The notes beneath the pieces are model-generated. The model saw only the letters and a list, made by a program, of their open reading frames with translations. It ran no database searches and had not been told where the DNA came from. 64,000 nucleotides of DNA from Eukaryota sp. TZLM1-RC (Eukaryota; Protista; Metamonada: BaSk clade), in assembly GCA_040285825.1 (NCBI GenBank), contig JAUPSS010000005.1, positions 1,240,001 to 1,304,000 of the forward strand, given 5' to 3'. Both the position numbers and the translations under genes were made by a program. Shown here one piece after another: positions 1 through 14,788 of the stretch (its first letter is position 1; each line of letters starts with the position of its first letter).

Positions 1-545
1 ATATTCCAGTTTAAGAAAAGAATGAATTATTAAATCTTCTGCGATGAATGTCAAATTTTCCACAAATTTTCACACCTTGGCAGATGAATTGATGCAGGAA
101 TAGGGAAAATGCTGAGGAAAAGCTACTATAGTGGTACCACAAGGACGAATGCAACTACTGATCATATGATTACTTACGAGTTTATGGATTCAATTCTTTA
201 TGCATACGAAGTGAAAACTGCGAGATTTTAAAATCACTTATTCGTTCAATGGGTGAAATGATTTAACACAATTCACGATGAAATAGAATGCGAATACCCA
301 AATCAATGACTTCATTGATGTAGTTTCTCGGTTTCTAATAACTTTCATTTGTTATCTTTAAAGCATTTGTTATCTTGGAGTGAAACCATCTTATGAATGT
401 CGGTTCCAAGGTTATGATCGCATATAGTGAGAAAAGGTGACAGAATTGTGGAAGTATGTGAGTCAAACAAAATCCTCCATTCTAGTGAAATTATATTTAT
501 TGAACTTGCACACTTAGATAAATTAATTCACAACTAATAACCTCC

Positions 546-2727
546 ATGATGGAGTTAGACCAATTGCTATTGGAGAGTCATTAACCAGATTGCTTTCTTC
601 GCTTATTTTTAACAGAATTTCTACTAAAGCAAGGGACTATTTGAAGCCTTTCCAATTTGGTATAAAAACCATTGAAGGTGCTTCTGTTGCTTCAATGACT
701 TCAGATGTTTTTTTCAATAGTCAACATCATCAATATATTTTCAATTTGGATTTCAAAAATGCTTTCAATTCTGTGAAACGTGATTGTATTTTTGATGTGC
801 TTCTTCATGATTTTCCTGAACTTTCTGCATATTTTTATTTATTTTATGGAAAAAAATCAGACTTAGTTTTTGACTCCTTTACCCTTGAATCTTCTTCTGG
901 TGTGAAACAAGGTGATCCTCTTGGCCCTTTGCTGTTTTGTTTGGCTATTCATAATATTATTAAAATGACACAACAAGATTTCCCTGATTTGCGTATTGTT
1001 GCCTATATGGATGACATTTCTATTATTGGCTCTTTTGAAAGCATTTCTAGGGTCTCTGAAGACATTGCGGCGAAATACAAAGAAATTGGTTTAGCTTCGA
1101 ACCCATCTAAATGTCTCTTGATTGGTAGAGAAAAACAATCTTTGATAATTGGAGGAGCTCAGATTCCTTTTATCAATTATAACCAACAAGCTTTTAAGTT
1201 TCTTGGATGTTGGCTTGACAATTTCGATGAAATTTATTCCCATTTAAACAATTTTTTGGAGAAGTTTGACAAGGATCTTAGTTTTATTGCTGAATGTGAC
1301 ATTGAGAAACACATCAAATTTTTTATTTTAAAAATTTGTTATTCTGGAAAATTCACTCATATTTTAAGGTCAACTCCCCCATCGGTATCTCTCAATTTTT
1401 GCAGATCTTTTAACAAACTTCGAGTCAAATTTTTTCTTCTTTATTAGAAGTAAATTAATCTTTAATTCGAAGTCATGTATTTTGTTTAGCAGATTTGGGT
1501 GGAATTGGATTCACCAAATCTTCGATTCTGTGTTAAGCAGCATTTTTGGGAGGTGGTAAAAATTTTGTTTTTGAATTTTTCCAAAGGTTCCCTTTTGATG
1601 TTCATCTGATCAATGGTGAATCAAATTTTTACTTGAATCAACTGCAATTTGAATTAGAAAATTTGCCTAGTGATATCTGGATTCAGTGTTTTCCTCAAAA
1701 TGTTCCAGAAATTCCCACCCGATCACTTCCAAATTTATGTTTTTGCCTGAAAAAGCTTCAGCACCATCTGGTTAAATTATATGAAGGCTTGGATTATGAA
1801 GTAAGACTTGGCTTGGCCAAAACTAAAAATCCCGCTTTCGGTAATTTTTTAAAGGATATTCGTGATAGTTCAGCTGCTGCTGTAGTAACTCAAGTTCCCT
1901 CTGTTGATGGGCTTTTGTTAAAAAACAATGAATGGCTTCTTAACATGCGTTTTCGTTGTTTTCTGTGGCCAAACAATTTTCCCAATCATTTAACTTGTAA
2001 ATGTGGTAAACCTCTTTTGTTTACTCATCTTTTGAACTGCAAACATTTCATTTCGTTTAGAAGCAAAGTGCATAATAACGTCAGGGATCAAATTTATGTA
2101 ATGTGCAAATCATATCGAGTAGATTCCTTTTTAGAACCGCTGTTATCAAAATTAATTCTTGATGATCCCAATATTGATAGTACGCGTTACAACAGAGCTT
2201 CTATGGGTCTGACTAGAGGTGATCTAGTTGTTCCTGGTTTAAATGGTAGTTTTACTATTTTGGACGCCATGTCTATTGACCCTTGTAATTCCTCTAACGA
2301 ACATCTCATTAACTCGGTTGTAAATAATCCTCTTCTTGCAGGCGAAAAATATAAATTGCTAAATATGCGAAACCCATTTCCTCGATTAATGAAAATTCTC
2401 ATGCACAATATAATTTATGTCCCTTTGTATTTTCTTTGCTTGGATCTTTTGGTAAGGCTGCTATGGCTTTCCTTGAAGATTTTGTTGTTGTTTTAAAGGA
2501 AAGAACTGGAAGAATTTTCAATCGTGTTTACTGGCAAAACAGGATTGTATTTTCTGTTTTTAAGGGAATGGTAAAACTGATTTCTGATTCACTGTCTTCT
2601 TTTGGGAAATTTTCTGAATCTTTGGCAATTAATTGTTTTGATGTAGGGGAGGCAGGTTTTGAGGATGTGGAGTTTTAATTGTGTATTTCATATTTGTTGT
2701 TGAATAAAAATAAATAAATGCAAAAAA
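546..2727 (+). mobile_element. 5'-truncated CRE/R2-type non-LTR retrotransposon (RT + RLE endonuclease), frameshifted
   Basis: RT motifs GVRPIAIGES, LDFKNAFNS, GVKQGDPLGP and YMDD; C-terminal CxC..HLLNC..H zinc knuckle and RGDL/D..K RLE motifs. A-rich tail. 10-bp TSD AATAACCTCC at 536-545 and 2728-2737. Confidence 0.93.
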
Positions 2728-3006
2728 AATAACCTCCGTTCACAAAATGAGGAACAATATTTCAAAATGATTTATTTCAATTTTATTAGTGTTCTCTTTT
2801 GCGCCCTATGCAGCCCATGACTCTACCCACAGCTTGGGGTCAAGTATGTAGTGATCAGGTTGGTAGCTCACCTTAGTCCCCAGTAAACCCCAATATCACA
2901 GTACCTGTTCATTCTGTCCAACCACAACCCGTAAGTTTCAATTTCAATGATTCACCTCAGGAAGTTCATTATCCTACACCTGTGAAGAAAAGAAAGCTAT
3001 GCAAGA

Positions 3007-3525
3007 TGCTTGCTATTATTGTCCTTGTCGTGTTTCTCCTAGTTGTTGCCATGATATTGATACAACTCTTTTCTTCAGTTGTTATGAAAAACTGCTGCAT
3101 TCAGTTTGGACGGCCACGAAAGAGTTTGGTATGATAATACTGACCTGCCTAAACCTTCTCACTCGGGTTTGGCATCGAATACCCTTCTGTGTCAGAATAA
3201 TAAGTTGTATGTTGGTAGCTGTTTCAGCACTCCCTTTGATGTCAACTGCCTTGATCATCGTCTTTTCCTACATCAACGTCATCATCCAGATTATCGTGCT
3301 GAAAAAACCTCAACAACTGACACTATCAATGGCGTATCTTGTACAATGTTGCAATACGAGCCCGAAAGTGGTGTACGACTCAATTGGTTTATTTCAGATG
3401 ACAGTTTTGTGATGAGGTTTCAACGCAGAGAACGCAGTTTCGGATTTTGGTCCACTGTTATCGAAGAAGACTACACTGATCACAAAAGATTGACTAGTTT
3501 TGATTTTAAGTCACAATTTTGTTAG
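3007..3525 (+). pseudogene. Frameshifted small secreted protein, possibly ependymin-related
   Basis: Signal-peptide-like MLAIIVLVVFLLVVA in one frame. A Cys-containing ERVWYD...FC body lies in another frame (ORF 3106-3525). The family guess is weak. Confidence 0.3.
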
Positions 3526-5449
3526 CTCGATTTGTCACATAAACATTAAGTTTCAACAATTTTGTCATATTCAAACCCATCAACAGAATCCAAAAGCAAT
3601 CCAGCTGAATTAAAAAATGCTTTTTGTCCATCTTTCCTGCAACACACATAATCCAAGTTTCTGCAACTTTTATAGTACATTTTAATTCATTGCACAATCA
3701 AAAGATTCAGCCGACGACATAGCAAAAGAAATTCAAAGTTCATAGGAAACCGTAAAATTCGATATTTACATGACATTTACATGACATTTGGAATTAAATA
3801 GCAAGCCCTCTGTTCAAAAGTCTAGATTTATTTGTGTTTCATGTACTACATTTGGAGCTGAATTCAATAAATAGTTCTATTCAGATCATCACGTGGCTGA
3901 ACTGCCTCATGAATAATCGGATTCATATAGACTCCATTGTGTTTCTGTCAAACAACCTAAGTATTTATTCACCATTACTGCCATTGTCTATCAACATAAT
4001 TCTTTTCATTCAGCGGTGCACTTATTTCATGAATTTGCAGTAAGCTAGAGTTATTTTTTTCAATTATATCTCGTTACTGATCAGAACTGAACCAGTTTTC
4101 TGGTAATTTGAAAATTTTGAGTTTGAAAAGCATGGCAAAAGTGGAAACAACCAAAAACGCCGTCAAAGATATGAGCACCGAATGAAGTAATCATAGATCT
4201 CAGTTTCACAATAAGTAAATATCATTCAGTTTTATTCAATATGTTTCTCATCCAGGTTTAGTTCAATTCAATTCAAATAAAATTTGAAAGAATGTCAAAC
4301 TCTTGATGTTCAAAAATTTATTACTATTGCACTGAGCATCAAGGACACACAAAGTTGAATTGGTCGAATTTGTGAAACATTCGATATCTATTCATTAAGG
4401 TGTAGTAGGTTCCATCCACCGATATGCAAAACAACAGACCTTTTCGTCCTATATAAAAGTTTCCCAAACCAGAGAGGGTGTGATGTGAGCAGAAATACAT
4501 TATATAAATAGTTTTTATTCCTAGTTTCAGTTTACCACGACAGTATGTATGACAGTTTTACTTTTAGTTTCAAACAAAAATTATATCCAAGACACTCATG
4601 AACTGACCATGTACTTCTGTTGTTATACTAATTGTAGACCATGGTAGTAAAATTATAGCACCTGGTTCTTGATCTACTATTGGAAATGGCCTACTTCTTC
4701 CAACAATATTGCAAGTCATGAGCATAACTTTAGTCACAGTATTCAGCATGCTTTACTATAGTAATTCTTTATCAGCGTTCAGCAATTCTGACTCAAACTC
4801 ATCTTCAACCGAAATAGTTGAGAATGTGACGCAGTGGTTTCTATTAATTTGATTTTATTAAATTCGAATTACTCATTGTGTTATTTAAAGCCAAAAGAAT
4901 TTGTATGACACCAGGCTACTCTATGAAAAGGTATTGCTATGAAAATACAGTATGACCCCTACATTTTCTACTATTCGACAGATGTAACAGTTGTTTATTG
5001 TTGTTATTGGAATAACTACAATATTAGAATAACTAAAAGAATTGCTTCACCTTAATTGTTATTGTTAAACATCATCCTTGAGAAATTATTGAAAAACCAA
5101 TGAAGTAAGAGCTCTTCAAACATCAGCATTCCTAAGATCCCAACCTGATACTTGAGTGCGAGGGTGAAGGGCGCGGAATTTAAATTTTTTGCCGTTTGAC
5201 ATTGGAATAACCATCACTAGTTTTACGATTTAAATTGTTTTTGTTACGCTTTTTTCTTGATACACAATCTATCGCCAAGGAAGAACTGTGGAAATTGGAT
5301 GCCTACTAACTGTTTTTAAAAAGGGGCCAAGGAGATTGTTGTCACAAAAAGATGAAGAAAAAAATAAAAATCAATAACTAAATTAATATTTAAATTTTTG
5401 TATATTTTAGCCTAATGTACTGAAACTGAGCATATCACTTCCTTCCTAT

Positions 5450-6200
5450 ATGAACTGGTTTTCAGGGAATATCGGTAATTTTTTTGAAAAACCATGCCCT
5501 GGCATCCTTCGTGTCTTAGGCATCGCTCATTTTGATGATAAGATCGACACTATCATGGAACATACCAATTCCTCCCTTCCAGGTCCTTCTCCTTTCTCAC
5601 GTGAAGTTCTCCACCTAGCCAAGCATCCATGCTCTGCAAAGATGTTACAAAAAAATCTCGTTGCTCGTGCAGAGAATCTTGTTGCTTGTGTTTGTCTTAA
5701 AGATAATCAGCATGTGAAAATGCTTGGCCTTATCAATAACTATATTATGATAAGTATGGAGTATGTGCATTTGCTCAAGCCTTTAAGACAAATTCAAAAT
5801 TGGAAGCACTTGGTTGTACCTCGAACAAATTCAACCATATTGGTTGTAAAGCAATAGCTGAGGCTTTGAAAGTTAATTTTGCGATAAAAGAGCTCAATTA
5901 TTTGATAGCCCAATTGGTGATGTTGGTATTCGATACCTTGCTAATGCGTTGCAATCAAATAGTTCATTGGTTGATCTTGACCTTCGTCGAAGTAAATGTA
6001 GTAATCAAAAGCTGCTGCTTTGAGTGAAGTTTTAGAGGTTAACAGTGGTATTGAAGTGCTTTGGTTACCCGATAATAATATTAGTTACCAAGGTGCTTTT
6101 GGCTCAAGTAATGTTGGCAAATTCAAAAGTTAAGTTGAAGCTTGTATTCGACCAAATAACTGAAAAAACAGGGAAAGCTTGGAAGAAGGTTTTGTGTTAG
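5450..6200 (+). pseudogene. Ribonuclease-inhibitor-type LRR protein, decayed
   Basis: NHIGCKAIAEALKVNFAIKELN-type repeats spread over several frames. Confidence 0.6.
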
Positions 6201-7079
6201 GATTAGTTTCTAATTGTAAATAAATCATTTTCTAGATATAATCAAATGACTTTTAATCTTGAATAAAAATCTTGTGGTATTTGAATAAAAAATACTTACT
6301 ACTGCCAACATTAAACAAATGACAAATGTGATAACCCTAAGTACGAATTAGCTACGCACTAACGGAACCGTTTTAAATATACGTATAATCAAAGTGTATC
6401 ACTTACAACATTGCCTTTTTCGACTGAATGAAAAGGAATTTATTGATTTTTTTTCAACTTTGGATTCAACAACGCATTAATCACCACAGTTAATGAAAAC
6501 TACAATTTCCTATCAATACCAGAGGTCGTTAGAGTTGCAGTCCTTTTTATTGCTAAGATGACCAATCCTCCTGTCAAAGAGTATGAAAGAGTTTGTTTAG
6601 AGTTTGGATAAGAATATTCTAGAAGTTTCCGAAAAGTGATTAAAAGGAGAGGTTTGTTTCTCCCTCCCTGGGTCAACCTACCGTTAACTCACTTTCTGTC
6701 ACGGATTCAAATTTCTTCTTTTCTTTGCCAAAGAGATGTCGCTAACCAACAGTGACTCTGATACGGACTAAAACGTCGCAGTAGAGATTCTACCCATCAG
6801 ATCTAGCTCATTTTTTTCACTTCCATCCCCCCCCTCAGTTATACTCGACATTTTTCTAAAAAAATGAATTCAAACAACGACCAATTTGCCGGAAAAACCA
6901 AAAAACTCGAACAATGCTCATCGTTGTTTGTCGTGTGATGAACAACTTGGTCACAAAATAATATAAACAAATGTGAAGACGGCAGTAAAACTGTTTCAAA
7001 TTCTGAGACTGCCACTATGTTCAAAAATATTTTTTATATTTCCAAAAATAATTTTAAATTAATAATCAATTCGCTGAAG

Positions 7080-9770
7080 GTACCATTAATTGATTATACC
7101 TCAACTAGTTTCTGATTACTTGGCTTTTAATAGGTTCTACTAAAATGACGTTTGATAGCCTTAAAAACTATTTGAATTCAATTAAGGAAGATCTTGAAGT
7201 TATTAAGACCCTTGAATTGGAGTTTTTTTATTTAAATATAATTTTATTCTAAACCTATAAATCAACATCTAAAAAATCCATCTCTCCCAAAACAAAAACA
7301 CTAGATGCAACTCTCTCATAGTGAGATCCAAGAGAAAGCAAAGCATCAGAAACCATCTTTAACATCCCCTTAAAAATAGAAAACACAATTCTATTTTGCC
7401 AAAAAAATCTGTTGAAATTTCTGCCAGTTCTTCTCCTTACAATCATTTCAAAATCATCCAAAAAACGTAAAGCAGTTGGTGCAAGTGAACCAAAAAGGGA
7501 AAATACAAATGGATACAAATTGTATTTTGCGTGCTGTAGACTGGCCAAAGATTAGATTAGATAGATTAGATAGATTGGACAAAGGTTCATTGTATTTTTT
7601 GAATTTAAAATTTTCAGCATTTGAAAGGGGATTATGAATTTCAGAATTAACAAGCCTTTCATTTGAGGCATTACAAGGATCAATAGACATTACATTCCAA
7701 TAAAATGAAACTTCCATCTAATCCAGGTAATATAACATCACCTCTATTATTCTTATGAAAATCATCTTCAGCATCAAACAGATTTGACAACAGAGGTTCC
7801 AAGAAGAATTCAATTCTATGAGATTTACACATACAATATAACTACTCTCTTACAGCATCATGAACCTTGCTTCTAAAAGTAATAAAATGTTTACAATTTA
7901 ACAGATGAGTAGTTGTAATTTCTCGAGAACATTTACAAATAAAATTATGAGGTAAATTATCAGGCCAGATAGAGGAACGAAATCTCATATTAAAATTCCA
8001 AGCAGAATCGGTTAAGAGAGTACCATAAACTTGGGGAATTGTTGTTGCTAAGGCGGAAGAAGTACTGTCACACATATCTTGTAAAAGATTTGCAAAAGCG
8101 GGATTCTATTTCTTGGCCAAGCCAAGTCTAACATCAAAATCCAAGCTTTCAAAAATCTTTGACAATTTTTGTTGAAGCTTTTTACAGCAAAACTGTAAAT
8201 TAAAAAGAGATCGGTTTGGAATTTCTTGAATTGATTGAGGAAAACATTTGGTCCAAATTTGTGGCGGCAATTTTTCAAGTTCACAAGATAACTCATACAA
8301 ATAAGGACTGCAATTGGGAACTAACAGATGAGAATCATCAGGAAATCTACGAGAAAATTCTTAAATAAAATTTTTGCCACCGCCCAAGAATGCTGATTGA
8401 CACAAAATTGAAGATTTAGTAAATCCAATACCCCCCAAATTTGCTGAAGAAAATAAGTGACTTTTCAACATTCCTGGTTCTACATCCAATAAATCAGCAA
8501 AAAATTCTGTTACCAATGAATTAAATGAGCGACAAAAATCTAATGCTGTGGAAGGAGCACAAGATCTCAAAATGTGGGTTATTCTCCCAGTGTAGCAAAT
8601 TTTAAGCATGATAAATTTAATATGCTTTTCTATATCTAAAGAAGAAATTGAATCGAGTTCAATTTTCATTTGTTCTAAAATAATTTGCAATTCATTATGA
8701 ATTTGAGGCACATTTCCTAACCAACAACCAAGGAACTTAAAAGCATCACTACTATAATTCGTAAAAGGGACAATAGAATGGTTTATCACGAGGTCTTGAG
8801 CAGAAGAGCCAATCAGAAGACATTTGCTGGCATTAAGATGAAGCCCAATATTTTCATATGAATCGGCGATTTCTTGAGCAACCAATTCTAGTAAATCAAA
8901 TGAACCAATCAAGGATATATCATCCATATAAGCAACTATTTTTATGGAAGGGTATTTTTGCTTAATGATATTTAAAGTTTTGTGAATAGCTAAACAAAAC
9001 AATAATGGACCTAAAGGATCACCTTGCTTCAAACCAGAAGATGATTTAAGATCAAATGAATTAAAAATTAAATCTGATTCTTTCCCATAAAAATGGTAAA
9101 AAAAACTCGATAGCTCAGGAAAATCAGATTTAATAACTTCAAAAATTGCTTCTCGCTTTACAGAATTGAAAGCATTTTTAAAGTCGAGATTAAAAATAAA
9201 ATTATTTTCCTCTGCATTAAAAAAGGTATCAGAGGCAATAGCAGCAACAGAAGCACCATCAATTGTTTTGATTCCAAATTGATGAGGATTTAAAAATGTA
9301 GAAGCTTTGTCTTTGACACGATCAAAGACAATTGATGCCAGCAAACGAGAAAGAGATTCACCAACAGCAATTGGGCGTATTCCATTAGGTTTGATTCCGT
9401 TTCCAGGCTTTACTAAAGCAATCAGACGTGCTGCGAGTAATTCAAATGGAGGATTCATTTTCAAAACAATTGAATTGGAGTAGCATCTTAAATTTGTTCT
9501 TTTGAAAACATATTATGCTAAAAAATACCCATTTAGTTCGATCGTTACCTCCATCAGTAACTTCCAATTTTTGTAGACAATTCAAAAAAATTACGTGTAG
9601 AATTTTTGGCTTTTTTAATGTATGTTGATCCAACAATTTTGAAGAATCAATTTTTTTATGATGTTCAACTTGGCGGTGTTGGTATTAATTCTTCAACGCA
9701 ATTGACAAAATCATTGATTGGTGGTGGGAAAAATTTTGTTTTTGAATTTTCTAGACAATATCATTTTGCC
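7080..9770 (+). mobile_element. Older decayed CRE-type RT copy (7080-7223 and 9482-9770), split by a younger element
   Basis: Removing 7224-9481 joins ...DLEVIKTLELE to xHLKFVLLK..., matching LDIEKHIKFIMLK of the other copies. LIGGGKNFVFEF follows at about 9715-9750. Confidence 0.7.
7224..9469 (-). mobile_element. 5'-truncated CRE/R2-type non-LTR retrotransposon
   Basis: RT ORF 8361-9464 (IRPIAVGES, KQGDPLGP, YMDD) followed by knuckle and RLE fragments. A-tail at about 7224-7250. 12-bp TSD TTGAATTGGAGT at 7212-7223 and 9470-9481. Confidence 0.93.
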
Positions 9771-9899
9771 GAAAATGTTGAAACCACAAATAGGCTAACT
9801 GACGGAAAAAGTGTCAACATTAGCTCCTGAATTAGGGCAATGATGTCTCCCTATAGTAATTCAAGAAATTCCAAAATGAAGTTGTTTTTTCATTTTTTT

Positions 9900-11150
9900 C
9901 TATTTTTTCTGTGTGTTGCTAAAGCAGGTTCAATAAAAAAGCAAAAAAGAATTTATTACCCTTTCAATATGGAATTTAAACAACTGATGAAGTCTATCAG
10001 CGATATTTGCTTCAAATGTATTATTTCAGCAAAAAATGAATCCAATGTTTGTATGTCATTGGATTTTAGTAATTCATTCAATTCACTCAGTCTTCGCAAT
10101 ATCCATGGTGTTTTATTGCAATATATGCCGGAATGAATATTGTATTTTCAATCAACATATTGCACATATTCTAATTTACATTTTGGTAATTCCATTTTGA
10201 GTTCATCAAGTGGTGTAAAGCAAGGAGTTTCGTTAGGACCTCTTTTGTTTTGTTTGGCCATTCATCCTATTTTATTGCAAATTCAAGAGATGTTTCCTTC
10301 GCTAAAAATGATTGCATATATGGATGATGTTGTTCTGATTGGTGATTTTGATATCGTGAAACAAGCAACTGTATGATTTAAAGGATTATTTACCAGAATT
10401 GGTCTCCGACTTAATTTATTCAAATGTGTTTCGTTTTCGAATTCTCCAGTTTCCACAATAGTTGATGGTATTGAAATTCAAGCCAAATTATATTCAATTG
10501 GTGACATTTGTTATTTGGGTTCGTTTTTAAGAAATAATGATGAAATTACCAACAAATTGTTTGAAAAGTTGGATCTCAATTTCCGACAAAATTGACCCAA
10601 TGATGCATTTAAATATACAAAAACACATCATATTTACCATTATAAGACTGTGTTTTAGTTCCAACTTCAATCATATATTTCGATCTACAAATCCCCTTGT
10701 CACTAGGCCTTTACCTCAAAAGTTTAATGAGTTAAGTGTAAAAGTTTTTTCACAATTACTGGGATGTAAAATGTTCCAAATTCTAGACCATGCTTATCTT
10801 AGTCCACATTATGGCGGTTTAGGTTGGACGAAGGCTTCTATTCTTACTTCGTGTGCTTTCATTGGTGAATGCAGAAATGAAATCTTTGAGTTTTCCGAAA
10901 TATTTGCAGATTGAGTAGATTTATTGATGACAACGCCGAATTCCACTGTTTTTGCATTAAATGAAGATATTCCAAAAATTGATGCAGAAAAATGGGGTCT
11001 ATGCTTTGCCAAATCATTCAATGGCAATTTTCCTGAAAAAAAATGTTTTAAATTTAAAATACACTCTTCGAACATTAAAAAACGATTGACTGGAATGTAT
11101 GAAGAAGATCTTTATAATAATATATATGCAGTTCGGTCATTTTAAATCAG
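9900..11150 (+). mobile_element. Decayed internal fragment of non-LTR family B (reference copy 34943-38278)
   Basis: Close nucleotide match to about 36170-37405 (SSSSGVKQG, YMDDVVLIG). Confidence 0.9.
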
Positions 11151-11172
11151 GATCTTTTTTTCAATTTATTTA

Positions 11173-11454
11173 TTTTTAAAACTGGAATAATTACTGAGAT
11201 AAAAAAACCCATCTAGAATCCAATATCCTCCAAACAAGCGTCACTGTTACTGAACCTACTCACAGTATTACGTTCATATTCTACACCAATAGACAAAAGT
11301 GCATTTGAAATCATTGTTGGAATAGACTTGAAAATGCAAAAAACAATTCCATTTAACCAGAAAGTGGAGTTCATTGTCTTCACCAGATCTATTCAGTAAC
11401 ATTTTTTTGAAATTTTCACAAAAGTGTAACCCTGAAGGTCCAATATTGCCAAAA
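11173..11454 (-). mobile_element. 3' fragment of non-LTR family C
   Basis: Matches the 3' end of 16167-16700 (...DACLEDI.F, AATATTCCAGTTTT tail). Confidence 0.85.
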
Positions 11455-11756
11455 TCAGGATCTTCACTCATTGTTGTTGGAAAAGGGTGTTTGTTAAAAC
11501 AAGTCGTCAGATTCTTCACTTTTTGTAACCATTGTACCACGAAGATTTGGATTGTGTGTTACTTATGAAGCATTTGTAACAAAAATAAGAAAACATTTGA
11601 ATATCCCCATTAATCAATTATCATCAAAAGAACAATGTATTTGTTCGAATTGACCTCAACTCATTTTGCTCCATGCTCTGAATTGTTCTAAATTGAAAAC
11701 TTATCGTTCTTCATCACATGATGCTGTTAGAGACACTGTTTTCAATATGGCACAAA
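11455..11756 (+). mobile_element. Fragment of non-LTR family B
   Basis: Matches about 37405-37705 (HALNCSKL..YRSS.HDAVRD). Confidence 0.85.
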
Positions 11757-12024
11757 GATATTGTTGTGCATCATATTGTTCCGTCTTGGTCCTCACTGCT
11801 GTTAGAAGCATAGTTGCACTAGGACACCTTGCTAGTTTATTTTCCTCTAGAACCAAAAGTTGAAAATGTCACTTTTATTTAAACCATCAGTTTGTGAACC
11901 CTGTTTGTCGTCATCGCCGTGGTTCGTATCCCTGTAAACGAGAAAGATTTTGAATCGTCACAACATCAAAATGGATTTCCACATCATTGAAAAGTTATTT
12001 TTATACTTCTCCACTTTTGAACCA

Positions 12025-12408
12025 ATGGATTCAGGGGACGGCCCGTTTTCCTCCGGCGAGGGCATGGGCTCGTGCGTGCCGACGGCTTCTCCTACATGTA
12101 ACTTTGTGGTATTTTTCAAATCCAAACCATACATCACCATGCACTACTTACCTCCAGATGTCCCTCTTAGTTGCATCTCTCTTCAACTCAATGAGGTCCT
12201 ATATTGCATAAGAGCAGGCGATGATCTACTTATCAGAGAAATGGAGCCTATCCCAACCGAATTTAAACCAACAAACACTAGACCCACTTACTTTAGTCAT
12301 TCTCAAGTTAAAGAAATTCTCGCATCCAACCCCACGGATTCCCTCTTCTTCATCTATCTTGATGAACAGATGTCCAGCAAGGGATACGCCGATGTGCACT
12401 GTTTATAA
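12025..12408 (+). CDS. Hypothetical protein
   Basis: Open frame with host-gene-like composition; no recognisable motif. Confidence 0.35.
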   Translation: MDSGDGPFSSGEGMGSCVPTASPTCNFVVFFKSKPYITMHYLPPDVPLSCISLQLNEVLYCIRAGDDLLIREMEPIPTEFKPTNTRPTYFSHSQVKEILASNPTDSLFFIYLDEQMSSKGYADVHCL

Positions 12409-13919
12409 GAGATAAAATAATCTTGATTGGTAAGTTTGGATAAGTTGTGAATCTGTTTGGTTGGTTTGAGTCCTCTCTAGTAAGTCTTCCAGGATCGGTT
12501 TAGTATACCATTAATTGTGTCTTTTAGATCGATATTGCATTCCATATTTTAGGTGTTTATTCTGAATACAGTCGCACAACTTGTTAAAATTTGAAAAACA
12601 CAACCATATATCCTTAAGGATCAGCAAAACCAACCATGTCACAACCAATCTTGCGGCTTCTCGACTATGGTGTCAACAGTGCGTAGATACTTCTGATGCA
12701 ACTATGGGCAGTGATTTGCTGATGGTGGCCTTGCTATTGCACTTTTTTTGTTTTTTTCTGTTTCTGAATACCGCGTTTCCTATATGGGCCCAATATATTA
12801 CGAAAGACGGTACGTAATTTCCAAACGTTTATGGTGAATTATAGAAATTACTGGGCCTGCACAAGCATTTGCACTCTTTTATTTGGGCTAATAGTGCTGC
12901 TTAAATTCTTGGTACCTTCATTGTTTTTTAGTCTTTTATTGTCTGGCACTTTGGGCACTGAAACAATAGCTTAGCTGGACTGATTCACTTCAATTGCTGA
13001 CAAAAAGGAATAGAAATCGACAATGTACCGCTTACCTCTACGGGGATGGTCACATTGACTAGTATTAGTAGCTGACGCACTGGCGAACCTTGATTGATTA
13101 GAAGGTTCCCAGCAGATTGTCCTACTATTTTGAACCAAACATACGTTTGTCTGGAGATTCATCAATCTGGATTTATTGGAAACACACTGCTACTTTGGTT
13201 TCTTTCCAAGATGATAAATTGAGTGTTTTCGTTTTTGTATCAGAGTGTCGTGTTCGTAAGAAAACTGCCTTGATATTTTTGTGAACTATCAATTGTTTTT
13301 GTGCAGTGTCATTTGTTTGGCAATTGAACCTTTTTATTTAAAATGAAGTAATTTTTGAAAAAGAAGACTAAAACTCCACCTCCTCAAAAGCCATATCTCT
13401 AATAAAAAATCCACTAGACACCTTCTGTTCATAGTATTTTCCCAGTGACAATAAGGGAGAGGATGTTAAAACAACCATGCACTTAAAAATGGAAAAGACT
13501 AGTCTGTTTTGCCAATAATTTTTGTCAAATATTCTTCTAGTTCTTTAATTCTTTATAGTTCTGTACAGTCATTCTATGGTTTTGTGTTGCTTGGATTCCC
13601 ACTGTTCCCATGGCTTCAGTAGCTTTGACTGCTACTGCCTCCTCTGAAGTGCGAGAAGACAAGACTGAAGACTGCATTGACTGAAATTTCAAACACAATT
13701 TCACCAATGGATGTAAAGACATTGTTTGATGGTTATTTCAATGTGAAAACTGAAAAGACAACAGATATTGAACATTTGCAAAATGTTTGTTTATTAATTT
13801 GTAACAAACTAATTTCCGACCATATTATATTATACATACATTTATTGGTTATATATATTATATAGAATAGATGAATATCATTGTGAATACATTTTTTTTG
13901 AATATATAATATATTCATA

Positions 13920-14700
13920 TTAGATTGTATGTCATTAAATTTACATCTTTCAATGATTTAAAAATAGAATCTTTCATCTCGGTCATCTTGGTTATTTAGT
14001 TAATAATTTTTTCAAAAATTCCACCAGGAACTTTGTAGATATCTTTTTCGGAATTATATTTCACTCCATAATGAGGATGATCGGTTGTCATTTTAAATAA
14101 ATAATTTTCATTTTTGTATTCGGTGAATCTCTGTGAATTCGTATTAATTTTTTTCAAATTATTCCAAAATTAAAAAAAAATTTATCAAACTAATGAGTTC
14201 AGGATATCATTCAACAATCTATCATAATCAATAGGAACAAACTTCATACCCATTATTTTACACATTACATAATCACGAACAGCTGTTGTGTCGTAAAGTT
14301 CATAATTGTAATTTACAAGTGCTGAATAGTATTTCATAACTTTTTTTTAAAAAAAACTGGAATATTTATTGAGATAAAAATAACCATCTAGAATTCAATA
14401 TCCTCCAAACAAGCGTCACTATTACTGAACCTACTCACAGCATTACGTTCATATTCTACACCAATAGCTAAAAGTGCCTTTGAAATCATTGTTGGAATAG
14501 ACTTGAAAATGCAAAAAACAATTCTATTTATTCAGAATATTTCATAACTTTGTTGAAAATTTCATCAACATGTTCATCAACTTCACTTGTTGGAATGTTT
14601 GAATTGATATTCTGCAATGTATGCATTGATAATGGAAAGAATATTTCCAAGTGAATTTTGATACGTTTGAATTAAATGTGTAAAATGCATTTTCCTAATA
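13920..14700 (-). pseudogene. Decayed unknown ORF in the virus-like island, split by a family C insertion
   Basis: Removing the insertion restores ...EVDEHVDEIFNKVMKYYSALVNYNYELYD... in frame. Confidence 0.5.
14344..14537 (-). mobile_element. Short 5'-truncated family C insertion
   Basis: Family C 3' end. 14-bp TSD TATTTCATAACTTT at 14330-14343 and 14538-14551. Confidence 0.9.
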
Positions 14701-14788
14701 ATATTTCACTTTTCTCCAAAAAAATATAAACGACGAATCGTTCACCACAATTCATCAACTGATTTGATGAAATACAAAAATAAAACAA

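Noticed and set aside
7548-7578. ATTAGATAG repeats as a functional motif
   Set aside because: A local slippage expansion inside a dead retrotransposon ORF.
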